A stretch of DNA of 63,596 nt, counting the filler, from Octopus bimaculoides (Eukaryota): the NCBI RefSeq assembly GCF_001194135.2. It is 7 parts of 7 records of this genome, joined end to end, with 100 filler letters (N's around TTAATTAATTAA, not from the genome) between each part and the next. Parts side by side here need not be neighbours in the genome. Positions count along the whole stretch, not along the records: positions 1 to 4,536 come from NC_068986.1; positions 4,637 to 36,624 come from NC_068987.1; 5 more parts are not named here. One strand, given 5' to 3'. Position numbers and translations under genes: made by a program. Shown piece after piece: positions 1-12,391 of this stretch. Numbering within the stretch: the stretch's first letter is position 1; each line of letters opens with the position of its first letter. A model generated the notes under the pieces. The model was not told the DNA's origin, did not search any database, and worked only from the letters and a program-made list of their open reading frames with translations.

Positions 1-99
1 TGTTATCTCCCCCTTTTCTTAGCTCTCCTGAAAAAAGAATTTCTAACTTCCGGTCAGCCATTGTTATGATCAGCCATTATTATGATTGACCGTTGACTG

Positions 100-262
100 G
101 ACACTATTCAATTTTTTTTCTCCGTGTTTTTCTCCTTGTCTCCGTATTCTTTCTGTTGAAGAGCGTAGCTCGAAACGTCAAAGACTTTCCGCATTCCCGA
201 GCGTCATACTAATACATCCTTTTGTTATTTACACCACCTGTCCTCGTCTGTTGTTGTTTTTT
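100..262 (+). mobile_element. Penelope-like element terminus (abundant dispersed repeat)
   Basis: acactattcaattttttttctccgtg...ctttctgttgaagagcgtagctcgaaacgtcaaagac. Related copies occur at 19350-19465 and 57882-57929, and it carries hammerhead-like boxes typical of PLE termini. Confidence 0.55.
148..184 (+). ncRNA. Minimal hammerhead-ribozyme-like motif (type I, variant core)
   Basis: TCTTT-CTGTTGAA-GAGC(GTA)GCTC-GAAACGTC-AAAGA. Stem I is TCTTT/AAAGA, stem II is GAGC/GCTC, stem III is the palindrome ACGT and the cleavage triplet is GUC. The core is CUGUUGA rather than CUGANGA. Confidence 0.45.
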
Positions 263-273
263 CGTATATTCTC

Positions 274-309
<36 letters not shown>

Positions 310-491
310 ACCCTAAACCTGTGGGGCTCTCTGGTCACTTACTCAGTGTGCCTAAGCCTGAGGGCAGATGCTGTCCACGATTAACCAGGGATGAGATTTT
401 TAATGGATATAGGTTAAACATTAGGCAGTTTAGCATCTTGGAGTCTGAAAGGGCCTGCTTAAAGTCTCAATTTTATTTGTCCCAGTTATAT

Positions 492-709
492 TTAGCCCTT
501 TAGCATTTCAGATTCTTCTGTTAAATGTAATACTTGCTTATTCATATTGTGTTAAATTAATCATGCATTATCTTGTAGCTTTAGGATTTCGATGATCTGC
601 TTGTTTAGTTTTAGAATGGCATTGTAGGGTTGGTGTGAGAAGCCAGATATTACCAGTTTCAACATATAACAGGTTAACTATTTGGGCCTGATATGGTCAA
701 AGTGGTTAA
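492..709. mobile_element. Decayed non-autonomous element, possibly piggyBac-type
   Basis: Begins tttagccctttagc and ends gtggttaa, resembling degenerate TTAA-CCC...GGG-TTAA ends. The interior resembles an octopus repeat I recall. Confidence 0.35.
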
Positions 710-1029
710 GTAATGATTTAATTTAATTCAAAGCAATTAACATTAGCAAATGAGGCCTCATTATTTAAAAGATCATTATTTTTCATGAGTTTTTAGGTCT
801 TTATTATTATGGTGAAATATAAATTAGTAGATGTTTGTCTTTGATTTGTTGCCTATTCTATTCCTTTGATGTTTACTGTGATTAAAAAAAAAATTATTAA
901 AGTTAATGAGGTCTTGATATGGTATGTAAATTTTGTAAATAAAATTACTTTTTTTTTTTGAGTCTTGTTACCTTTTCTCCATGTAAAGATTTCCAGGTTA
1001 TTTGTTGTTCGGTAGACAGGGTGAATAAG

Positions 1030-1150
1030 TGGGGATTGGTGACAGGAAGGGTGCCAGACCATAGAAAACTCTGCCCCAACGTACTATTGCCAAACCCATG
1101 CAGCCATGAGAAAGTAGATGTTAAAGTGATGATAATGATGAAGGATGAGA
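1030..1150 (+). mobile_element. Decayed SINE/LINE 3' tail ending in (GAT)n
   Basis: aacccatgcagccatgagaaagtagatgttaaagtgatgataatg is a diverged version of catgctagcatggaaagcggacgttaaacgatgatgat at 2221. Confidence 0.5.
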
Positions 1151-1629
1151 GGATAAATGATGATAATTTAGGCTCATGTGTGACTTTGTGGGTAAGAAAT
1201 TCACATCGTAACTATGTTGTTTTGTATTCAACCTCACCATGTGGTCATTTAGGCAGTGGTCTTCTCTTATAACTTCATACTGACCAATGCCTTGCGAGTG
1301 AAATCTATAAGCCAGAAACTGTTTGCGTGTGCATGTATATGTGTGCGTGTGTGTGTGTTTCTGGCTGAGTCAGTTGTCTGTTATTTTGAAGTTTCCCCTT
1401 CAATGACCAGTTTATGAAAACAGCTCCCTCAGGGTCAGTGAAGGTACTGGTTGGTAAGCTGGTCATCCAGAGAAATTCTAGAACAACAACCAACCAATTC
1501 AGTTGAGATAAATTATTTTACTCTACCCATAAGGTATTGAGTACTTTTTTCTTCTATTCAGTACAATCTGTGTGTACATGTTGAACATTCTATTCTATAG
1601 TAATTTAAGTTGGTTATAAATATATGTGT

Positions 1630-1875
1630 GATCATGTGACCGACCAGGCTATAAGATGTTACACATCGCTGGTCACAATGCACTTTGCATTGTTTTAGCC
1701 TTCAAATGACACCATCCTCCTGGCTAGGTGAGCAGGCCAACATTCCCCACTGATGGAAGGGAGGAATGAAGCAACATCAAATGAAGTGTTTTGCTCAAGA
1801 ACACATGTCCCTCAGTCTGGGAATTGAACCCACAACCTAGCGATCATGAATGCAACTACTAAGTCATGCGCCTTT
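1630..1875 (-). mobile_element. tRNA-derived SINE
   Basis: The reverse complement starts aggcgcatgacttagtagttgc...gggttcaattcccagac (A/B-box-like head). Its central block gtgttcttgagcaaaacacttcattt is shared with the copy at 53220. Confidence 0.6.
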
Positions 1876-1894
1876 GTACATATATATATCTGGC

Positions 1895-2277
1895 TTCCAT
1901 GCTAGTGACCCGTAAATAGCACCATTTGAGCGTGATTGTTACCAGTGTCGCCTTCTGGCACTTGTGCTGGTNNNNNNNNNNNNNNNNNNNNNNNNNNNNN
2001 NNNNNNNNNNNNNNNNNNNNNNNNNNNNNNNNNNNNNNNNNNNNNNNNNNNNNNNNNNNNNNNNNNNNNNNNNNNNNNNNNNNNNNNNNNNNNNNNNNNN
2101 NNNNNNNNNNNNNNNNNNNNNNNNNNNNNNNNNNNNNNNNNNNNNNNNNNNNNNNNNNNNNNNNNNNNNNNNNNNNNNNNNNNNNNNNNNNNNNNNNNNN
2201 NNNNNNNNNNNNNNNNNNNNCATGCTAGCATGGAAAGCGGACGTTAAACGATGATGATGATGATGATGATGATGATA
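1895..2277 (+). mobile_element. Retroposon interrupted by an N gap, with (GAT)n tail
   Basis: The tail catgctagcatggaaagcggacgttaaac(gat)n follows the gap. Related tails occur at 1030-1150 and, inverted, at 3030-3150. Confidence 0.55.
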
Positions 2278-3377
2278 TATATATATATATATATTATGAA
2301 AAATGTTCTGAAAAATAGATGTTAAAGTTATTTTGTGGTTTAGGAAGTATATGTATGTGCATAGTCTTGCTATCCAATAAAATCCTTTTGTTTTCTGTTG
2401 TCAAAAAGTTGATTGAAGCAAGCTTGTCTTTCTTACAGTATGAGAACCCCAGGTAACATGAAAGTCTCAACTAATGTATTATACTTGATCTAGAATCATT
2501 TAACAGATTTTCCAAAAAAAAAAAAAAAAAAAAAAAAAATTGCTAATATAGAATAGAGAAAATTGATGTAGTTGATATAGAAAAGATAGAATATTCTAGA
2601 TGTTTGCTCTTACTAACATGTGCTAATACTCTGAAGAATGGTAACAGTATACATTATAGAATGTATGCAAATATATATTTTCATATCAGAAAAGAAGCGC
2701 TCAATTCTAAGTTTATAATTGTGTGTGGTGTAATATTATAAAGCCGTATAATATGATACACACAGTTAACATATTTCACAGTAAATCTGTCCCCGTATAA
2801 TCTCTTTGGATGTTATATCCAATTTTTAATGTAAGTAACTTAATACATCTATCTATTATCATTTATGCCAGTAAAATATCATCAAAAAATGGAAAAAGGA
2901 AAAAAGAAAAGTGGATATTAAATCATATAGTACACATACATGTGTGTGTGTGTGTGTGTGTGTGTGCATACTCAGTCCATGCTAAGTTTTGATATTTGTT
3001 TCATGAAACGTTTAAGATCTGAAATATCTCATCATCATCGTCGTCGTCATCATCGTTGTTATATCTCATCCCATCTGCTTTTTAAAGACTAGCATAGGCC
3101 GGGTAAGATTTCTTGTGAAAATATTCTATGGCCCAGATGCCCTTCTTTGTTGTCAAGCTTCACTTTTCGAGCAAGATACTCTTATTCTGTCTTCACACGT
3201 CTAGCCACTACTGTTGAATGGAAGATATAAATGTGACCACTGAAGTGGAATGAAGTAAGGACATGCTGACACAAATGCATATGTATGCACATATAGACAT
3301 ACAGAGAGAGGGAGAGAGAAGTGCATTTGTGCATGCACACACACTTTCTCTTTCTCACTTGCATATGGAGAGAGGGA

Positions 3378-3417
<40 letters not shown>

Positions 3418-3669
3418 CTTTCTCTCTTACATGCATGCATGAACATGTTATTTTTCTCTCACATGCAGAGACAGAGAGGTGGGGTCAGGCAGTAAATACA
3501 TCATGAGGAGAATATTCTTTGGGATTTCGGTAACAAAATTGAACGAGACAGCAAATGCCTAAATCGTGAGACATAAACGAAAAATATTTTTGGTATTCTG
3601 GGAAACAGAATTTAATGGAACAGCAAAGCTAGCAAGTTTAAACACTCAGAGGCTTTCATACAGCTTTTA

Positions 3670-3800
3670 GCCGCTGATTTCACTTACATGATATTGGTCA
3701 GGCTGTGTCTATGAACAGAAGATACTTGCCCAAGATGTCACGCAGTGGGATTGAACCTGAAACCACATGGTTCTGAAACAAACTTCTAAACTGCACAACC
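3670..3800 (-). mobile_element. Decayed SINE of the CORE-like family
   Basis: cttgcccaagatgtcacgcagtgggattgaacctgaaaccacatggtt is the reverse complement of the family at 4363. Confidence 0.6.
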
Positions 3801-4362
3801 ATACTGATAATTCATTTTATACCACAGGTTGCTTTAAAAACAAACCAGCCTCGACTGCAGTATCTCGTGTCTTGAAAAGGTCAACGATAATTAGAGACAC
3901 TAAGTAATCGCATCGAAAGTAAACTTAAGCTCTCTTTTAACAAGCATTAAGCAAATTTACTGTTGCAATTACCAGGGTGTTAGTAAATATATGCTAAATT
4001 TCTGTCAATTATAATATTATTTAATATAACTTAGTTAATTAATGCTTTATATAGTCATTCTATTTTCTGCCTGTCTCTCTTAGATATGTGCTCTTTAAAG
4101 TAATAAGCTGAATTCTCTCCATTCTCTTTCTAACACATTATTTATGCCTTCTCAACAACTGCAGTTCTCTGTTGGTTGCATGTATGAGTCATTTCTTGTT
4201 TTCTGGGTAAATAATTGTACCACAATGAAATAATGTATTATGTACCGAAGGAGATTAAGCCTAGATTGCGAATGTTTTTGTTTTTTCATTTCTTCCTGCA
4301 ACCCAAACGGCTACAGATACGAATAGAAAGAGTGAGAGAGAGAGAGAGAGAGAAAGTATACA

Positions 4363-4536
4363 GGCGCAGGCATGGTTGTGTGGTAAGAAGCTTGCTTCCC
4401 AACCACATGGTTCTGGTTTCAGTCCCATTGTATGGCACCTTTGGCAAGTATCTTCTACTATAGCCTTGGGCTGACCAAAACCTTTTGAGTGGATTTGATA
4501 GATGGAAACTGAAAGAAGCCCATCATATATATGTAT
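4363..4536 (+). mobile_element. tRNA-derived SINE with CORE-like central block
   Basis: ggcgcaggcatggttgtgtggtaagaagcttgcttcccaaccacatgg...cacctttggcaagtatcttctac. Six or more related copies occur in the window. Confidence 0.75.
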
Positions 4537-4580
4537 NNNNNNNNNNNNNNNNNNNNNNNNNNNNNNNNNNNNNNNNNNNN

Positions 4581-4592
4581 TTAATTAATTAA
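4581..4592. other. Assembly spacer TTAATTAATTAA inside N runs (also at 36669, 49317, 55561, 58486, 61438)
   Basis: The same 12-mer palindrome, with stops in all six frames, is always flanked by about 44 N on each side. It is not biological. Confidence 0.9.
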
Positions 4593-4784
4593 NNNNNNNN
4601 NNNNNNNNNNNNNNNNNNNNNNNNNNNNNNNNNNNNTGTATATATATATATACATATATACATATATATATATATATACATACATACATACACACACATA
4701 TACATACATACACACATATATATATATATACACTTACATGCATATACAAATATACATACGAATATACAAAATATATATATATAT

Positions 4785-5391
4785 GCGGCGCGGTGAATAA
4801 ACTGTCGTCTAAATTACACCAAAATTACATGAATATATCTTGAAATATTAAAGAGTAAATTTATTCAATAAAATCGGCATTGGCGTCACCCACGGCCTCC
4901 AGACGACTTCGGAATCTTCTGAAACTCTTCTGGATGGTTTCCTTGTTCAAGATGCTGAATAGTGCCATAATCCTTACCTTCAGTTAATCTTTTGTGTTAC
5001 AATGTGTTTTTTTGGTCTCTCACTCAAATATGTTCTACACATAATGATCAAGGGGATGGCAGTTTCGGGAATTAGCTGTCCATATATTAAGGGTGATGTG
5101 GACGCTGGCAACCATGACTGGGTTCTCCTCACTGTGTGGCATGCTGCCAAGTCATATAACCTGACATAGGTTCTTCCAGCAGTCACCCTCTTTGATACAG
5201 TGCAGCAGCACCTCCTCCAAGCACATGTAGGCCTCCATATTGAATCTGAAGCCGTGTGAAAATATGAATGGAGGAATAGCGTCGTCATCACTAGAGAGCA
5301 CTCCAAATACCATGACGCTGACTGTACATTCTCGGTACATTTCCTCAGATTGCACACAATATAAAGTGGTTATAATTTACCCGTGGCACCC

Positions 5392-5393
<2 letters not shown>
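4785..5393 (-). mobile_element. Internally deleted Tc1/mariner (maT-like) transposon, C-terminal transposase pseudogene
   Basis: Frameshifted minus frames give VMVFGVLSSDDDAIPPFIF, GRTYVRLYDLAACHTVRRTQSW and RFRSRLEAVGDANADFIE. Degenerate TIRs sit at both ends in TA-rich flanks. Confidence 0.85.
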
Positions 5394-5431
<38 letters not shown>

Positions 5432-7633
5432 GGGTGGAGATCATATGTATTATCTTTGCCTAATAATATTATCTAGCAATGTCAATATACGTAACACCAT
5501 AAAACATGAATCCATAAACGTGTTCAACTTTACGAGAGTGAGGGACAATTCAGAATAACGAGAATCTAACGTATAAAAGACTTATAGACCTGCTTATGAA
5601 ACATAGATTCCCATCATCAGTGAAACCCAAAGGATTATGACCACGCAGCACTGGTCTTTTGCGGGAGGATATAAAACCAAATACTTTTCGAACGCACATC
5701 GTGTATGCATGTGTGCGCGCGCGAGCGTGTAGAAAATATCTTCCATCGAGTGATACCTGCCAAAGCATATTATTCGATTGCAGCAAGAGCCGGTAATAAT
5801 TACGTCTGTGTCGGCTACCCGATGCTATTAAGTCTTCCATCTTGTATGTTTTTACCAATAATTCTTATTTATGACACTCACCAGGTTACAAGCTAAACAT
5901 CTCTCGTCATACATAGAACAAAGCATACGAAAAATGATTTAGAAGAAATACTTCTGTAATTAGATGGCGATCCAGCCTCGTTCAACAGTAAATTTATCCA
6001 TACAGTACAGATATGAAAGACAACGCTTTGCACAACGCACAGTCTAAACTTCCCTATTACATACTTTACTCAGAGTCTCTACAAACAATAGGCTTCAAGT
6101 TCACTGACTAAAAAATCAAATGTTTCATGGTATGTTACTATGCTAAAGTTATATTGACAATGATAAAAATTTTCCAAGAAAAGGAAAACACACACTAAAC
6201 CACTGCTCACATCAATGAGATGTCTTTTGTTGTTTCACAACAAAACACTTACATCTACTTCCAGATGACACTAGCGCTGTAAAAGTGTGTTTTTGCATTT
6301 GTGTTGTTAATATTGGCTTTTTCTTCCCGCACACTTCCATCTTACGTATCGAAATGTGTCCTCATATTATAGCGGATTTTGATTGATTGTTCATATTCAG
6401 ACCTCTTGATTACAATTGATGCATTCACTTTTTCTCTTTAGTTAACAGAACCAAATTGTTAAAAAAGCTTTGTCTGTAAAAGAACGATATCAATACTATA
6501 GTTTGCATTCGCTTCTTATTCTTGTGGCTCGGTGACAAACGAAGGCATATTTTGTTAAAGTAAAGCTGTATACTGAAAATTTGGCATGTGAAGTGCGTGG
6601 TACGGTATTTGTATGGATATAAATCCAAGCAGTTTATATTATATTGAATGAATGATAGCTTATTAATTTCTTCCTGAGATGAATTATAAACTTAAACGAA
6701 GTCAAATAGATTATGAAATGAATTATAGTCACGTAATTGAGTTGACAGAAATCATTCTTCTAAGCTAGCTTCGTCAAACAAATAACAGAAACAATCCAAA
6801 GAAATTTATTTGTCGTGCAGTGTATAAAATTCATACAGATCAGAAATATATTGATTTCGAACGATCGTATAAATATGTGCCGAATGAAATAGTCGATTAA
6901 ATCGACATCTGTGAGGCATTTTTAAAATTGAATTGAAGGAGGAATGCAAAGTCGTTTTAAAGAAATTAAGAATGGAATGGAATCAAGCGAAACGATAAAT
7001 GCATTTAATGTGTTATTCTACTATTTTGATATTTAATACTTCTCCGAAGGCGTCAGAAGAATATTAGAAAAACCAAAGAAGATTTTTGAAGCATAACTGT
7101 CGCTATTAATTTCATATGATTTTTATCTCATGGAGACAGCATAGAAATGAATGTGTCTCCATTTATTTCACCAACCTAATTCAAATAAGATATTACATCA
7201 AGTATTGCATCTAGTATTACACCCCAGATAATAATATTCTATGTCAAATTCTCGATTCCAGTCAACGTAATTCCATTAATCCTTGCATTATGGATTTTAG
7301 CCACTATCTGATTATGTTACAATCTATAACTTGCATTTCACAGATAAAGATGGGGATGATACATTCATCCATTTGTGGTTACATGATAGAGATGTGTGTA
7401 TGCGACTATGTCTGTGCATGTATGTGAACGTGTTTTTCGTCTATAGGCATTAGCTTCCATTGCGCTATAATATATTTAATAAGTGTGTTCACAGACATGA
7501 GTGAGACAATGGAGAATTATGAATTCCGGAGGAAGAGTAATAAAATGTGGTATCGGTTTAAACCACACACGCAAAATACGCATGTTTACTCAAACACACA
7601 TACATACATACACACAGATACAGACACACGTAT

Positions 7634-8014
7634 ATATATATGTTTATATATATATAAGTTATATACATATATATGTAGACACACAAGTGATTATACATAT
7701 GCTTATACATATACAAATATATATACATATATATGTGTGAGCGTATGTGTGTGTGTATTGATAGCCAGATAGATAGATAAAGGTATATACCTACAGGTAT
7801 GCATATTTACATGTATATTTACATTTATATATATATGTTTATATATATATAAGTTATATACATATATATGTAGACACACAAGTGATTATACATATGCTTA
7901 TACATATACAAATATATATACATATATATGTGTGAGCGTATGTGTGTGTGTATTGATAGCCAGATAGATAGATAAAGGTATATACCTACAGGTATGCATA
8001 TTTACATGTATATT
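7634..8014. repeat. Near-perfect 195-bp tandem duplication abutting a gap
   Basis: gtagacacacaagtg occurs at 7675 and 7870 and the downstream sequence is identical. Probably an assembly overlap. Confidence 0.7.
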
Positions 8015-8427
8015 NNNNNNNNNNNNNNNNNNNNNNNNNNNNNNNNNNNNNNNNNNNNNNNNNNNNNNNNNNNNNNNNNNNNNNNNNNNNNNNNNNNNNN
8101 NNNNNNNNNNNNNNNNNNNNNNNNNNNNNNNNNNNNNNNNNNNNNNNNNNNNNNNNNNNNNNNNNNNNNNNNNNNNATATACAATATATAATATTAAAAT
8201 GGATGGTACAATGAAATAAAGTATTGAATGTCTTATTGAATATATGGAATATGTCTTATTGAATATATGAAATATTGAGTGTCCAATATAAAGGATTAAA
8301 TATATAAAGGCGAATACGTATTTTCTATACCTTGTGGTATTTCATCATGGCCGGTATGACAGACTTTAACAGACTGTAATAGACTGGCTGGTTTTCTGTC
8401 TTTTATACCTATTCCTTTGGACAGCAG

Positions 8428-8647
8428 CAGTATGTGTTTGGCTATTTTTAGAATTGATGCCAAATTTATTTTTAGAAATGATGACATTTGAGAAATTGTT
8501 TTGTGTTTTGGTTGCAGGGATAAGATTCTTAAACCCCAGTAGGTGTTTGGCTATTCTTAGAACTGATGCCAAATTTATTTTTTTAAATGATGGCATTTGA
8601 GAGATTTTTTTGTGTTTTAGTTATGGGGATAATATTTTTAAACCCCA
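8428..8647. repeat. Diverged tandem repeat, 2 x about 110 bp
   Basis: The unit cagtatgtgtttggctattttagaattgatgccaaatttattttt...taaacccc occurs at 8428 and 8537. Confidence 0.8.
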
Positions 8648-8654
8648 AGTAAGA

Positions 8655-11150
8655 TAAATATATACATAAGTGAGTAACAAACAGGTACAGGTGTCTATTC
8701 ATTACGGCCGTTTCCAGCGACTCCTGTAATTGGCTAATGCGGACATTACATCAATCTGTAGGAACCATTTTGGTCAGATGAATCCATGATCTTCAAACAT
8801 AGAGGACAGTTCAACTTATACAACATAGTTAACACATTTACGGAGTAAAATTATTTACATTGATCCCGCTAGCTCTCAGTTGGCAGGATGAACGTTTTTC
8901 AGAATTGTGTATATTTGGTAAGAATAAAGAAGAATTTAAGGGTTCTTAGATTTTATAGTAGGAGGAAGAGGCAATTGATATAAGTGACCCAGTTATCTAA
9001 GCTTCTAACGATAGAGGAAGGATCGGCTCCGGTCGTCGAGATTTTTTTTATCTTAAGTAAGTTGTTTGTGAGAGAAGCCATTAATTTCAGGTCAGCCTAC
9101 TAAATTATCAAAGTGATGGGACTATATGTCGGCTTAATTTTAGCAAATGGGCAAGGCATAGGGTAGTAATAAGGGAAATAAGATAGAGGAAACTGAATTT
9201 ACTTATATTCATTATTGTATTAAGGTCCTTTTGAAATAATGGAATGAAATGTTTAAATAAAATAAAATAGGAGCGGTCATCAGAACAACAATAGAAAAAG
9301 GGGACTATTACAATTTAGCATAATGTTATAGCATTAAAATAAATTTAGAAATTAGATATATGAGTGACGAATAAATTATATTTAAAATCATTAGACTAAA
9401 TTGGAGAAAAAAATTAGTTAAAAATAATATAAAGATGTGTATTAGATGTAAAAAATTAGAATCTAGAAACAGTGGTTTATAATGTATTTAAAATATAACT
9501 TTATAAACATGAAATATATGATGAGGTATATAAAATATAAACTGTAAAATATATATAATTTATANNNNNNNNNNNNNNNNNNNNNNNNNNNNNNNNNNNN
9601 NNNNNNNNNNNNNNNNNNNNNNNNNNNNNNNNNNNNNNNNNNNNNNNNNNNNNNNNNNNNNNNNNNNNNNNNNNNNNNNNNNNNNNNNNNNNNNNATATA
9701 TATATATATATATATAAACATATAAAAGGATATATAAAAAATTGTAAAGAACATAAAAACATATAAAAGTATAAAAACTATAAAAATAAAAATAAGAGAG
9801 TATAAAAATATACGAAAAATTTTGAAAAATATTTTCTAAATAATATAAAAATATATACGATATATTTTTAAAACTTATAACGGTTTACATCTATAGAAAA
9901 AATTAGAATAGGATCTTTATTATTAATAAAGAAATAGAGATAAAAATAATTATAGCGAAATTTCATATAAATATAGCTAAAAATGATAAAAGGTTTTGCA
10001 AATGTCTGTAAGGTATACAGTAAAAACTACATAAAGATTTTTAAAATAGATCTTAGAGTATATATCTTATACTCAGGGAGGAGCGAAATTGAAAAAAAAA
10101 ACCTACTAGTAGTAAAGTTAAAATCATTTTATATCACTCGTATATAAAAGGAATTTATTTAGGATATGAGTAGATTTCTATTGAAATAATTAATAGTGTG
10201 TTAATTTTCGGATTCATGACATTTTAAATTGTGAATTACATCCTAGTTTAAGTCATAGAATAATCATTTCAACTCAAAGGTTATATAAGGTTAAATCATG
10301 AGACAACGTTATCAGCAGGGTTTGTTAAAGGAATACTAAACCTATTTGATTATATAAGTATTGTTAAAGGTAACCAGCAATGTAAATACCGATATGATAA
10401 AAGGTATATTTCAAAATATGGTCGTTAAAGAGTGTCAAAAAGTCGTCAAAGTTTACGTCGCGTTACAATGAGTCAACAAATAAACTATAAAAAAGCAGAA
10501 ATGAAATTAAAAAGAGAAAAACAAATGCAAATTAATTCCTAATTATTAATTCTTAATTTGAAATTGAATACGGTAATGAATTTAAGTAAATTCAGATTCA
10601 TCTATCTTACTTCTTCTCCTTATCATCCCCTCTTCATCACACATTCCCTAATTATTACACTATGCCTTGCACATTTTGCGAAGATTAAACCGAAGTTAAG
10701 TCCCATCACGTTTCGTAATTTAGTAGAGTGACTTGATATTAATTGCTTCTCTCACCACTGACCAGTACACAACTTACGGCAAAAAATCTAGAGGATCGGA
10801 GCCGATCCTTGCTCTATCGTCAGAAGCTTAGATAATTGGGTCGTTTGTGTCAATTACCTCTTCTCCCTACTATAAACACTAAGAACCCATTTATTCTTAC
10901 CAAATATACACTATTCTGATGAAGGCCCATTCTGCCAACTGAAAGCTACCAAGATCAATATAAATGTTTTTGCTTTGTGAATTTGTTAACTACGTTGAAT
11001 AACCTGAACCGTCCTCTGTGTTTGAGGATCATGAATTCATCTGTTTCTATACAATCATGTAATGCTCTCATTAACCAATAATAGGACTCGTTGGAAACGG
11101 CCGCAATGAATTGACATCGGTACCTGTTTGTTACCGATTTATATTTTATT
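8655..11150. mobile_element. Long inverted-repeat element, arms about 8655-9221 and 10567-11150
   Basis: Colinear reverse-complement matches include taacaaacaggtac/gtacctgtttgtta, aagcttctaacgatagag/ctctatcgtcagaagctt and gcaaggcatag/ctatgccttgc. The spacer is extremely AT-rich. Confidence 0.85.
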
Positions 11151-12245
11151 CACCTATCCCGGAATCTAAGCTTCGCAGATATTATAGACAGTATTTTTAA
11201 TATAAAGTACATGTTTGAATGGGTAAGAGCAGATTTCTTTATTCAGAAGGGTCTTATTATCTGTATACAGGGGAAGAATATCGTATGGCACAAAATGTAC
11301 TTGATATTTTTTAAGGTTTCTCTAAGATTCTTACGTTTTCACTTTGTCAATGTTACGGAAGGTGATTGGCCTGTCACGTAATCCGTATTCTCACGTTTTA
11401 ACAACATCTCAGTCAATATTGCCTGATATTACCTAGGATTGTTTCCTTCTATGTACTTAGATGTTTGTCTTTATAATATCGAAATTTGGTTCTTGCATCA
11501 ACACAAATTATATAACAAACATCAATAATAATATCTGAAACCAAACTTTATATACTTTTTTCAATTACCAAAAATATCTATCTGTCCAACAACATTTTAA
11601 ATTTCATACTAAGAGATCAATGTAATAGAAATAAAAGTAAAGAAAATATAGACAATACATTTAATTTTCTATTAAGCTTTCATTTCCTCCAATACTTAGG
11701 AACACACACACAAAAAAGAAATGGTTGGTAATCATACAATATATCATGCAAGGAATTTACTATGATGTTTTCAAAAGTTATATCTGAGTAATGGTCGTAT
11801 GTATATATACATTTATATATATATATATATACATATAAAAGAAGCCAGCAGAAATCACGATATTCTGACAGCTAACTTAGGTTGAAAATATTGCTTACAT
11901 TTACAACTACTTAGTATTCATACATCAGTCATACCATATGCTGAGTATTGCAAAAATACGAAAAAAAAAAACTATATCAGTCATCGGAGTTCCGAAGAGT
12001 TCATATGTTACATCTTACTTAGTGGAAAGTAAAACTGAAACGACTGAATTTTTGACAACAAAGAAGCGTTCTAAAAAAAAGTACGCTGATTGCACTTTCA
12101 AGTATACATCAATCACATACGCATACGCGAGCGCAAACACTCACGCATATCTATATACACGAATCAATATATATCCATATATATATGTGCATATGCATTC
12201 TTTTCTCCCCCTTTCTTCTTTTTTTTTCTCTCTCTCTCTCTCCTT

Positions 12246-12298
<53 letters not shown>

Positions 12299-12308
12299 NN
12301 NNNNNNNN

Positions 12309-12350
<42 letters not shown>

Positions 12351-12391
12351 GCATAGACACACATACGTACAGATACTATTACACATATATA

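Noticed and set aside
7634-8014. Recent 195-bp tandem duplication
   Set aside because: It is identical and ends exactly at a gap, so a contig overlap artefact is more likely.
11170-11470. Minus-strand LINE RT relic (EYGLRDRP...HFVPYD)
   Set aside because: The similarity to QxGFR...FVD motifs is too faint to support without a search.
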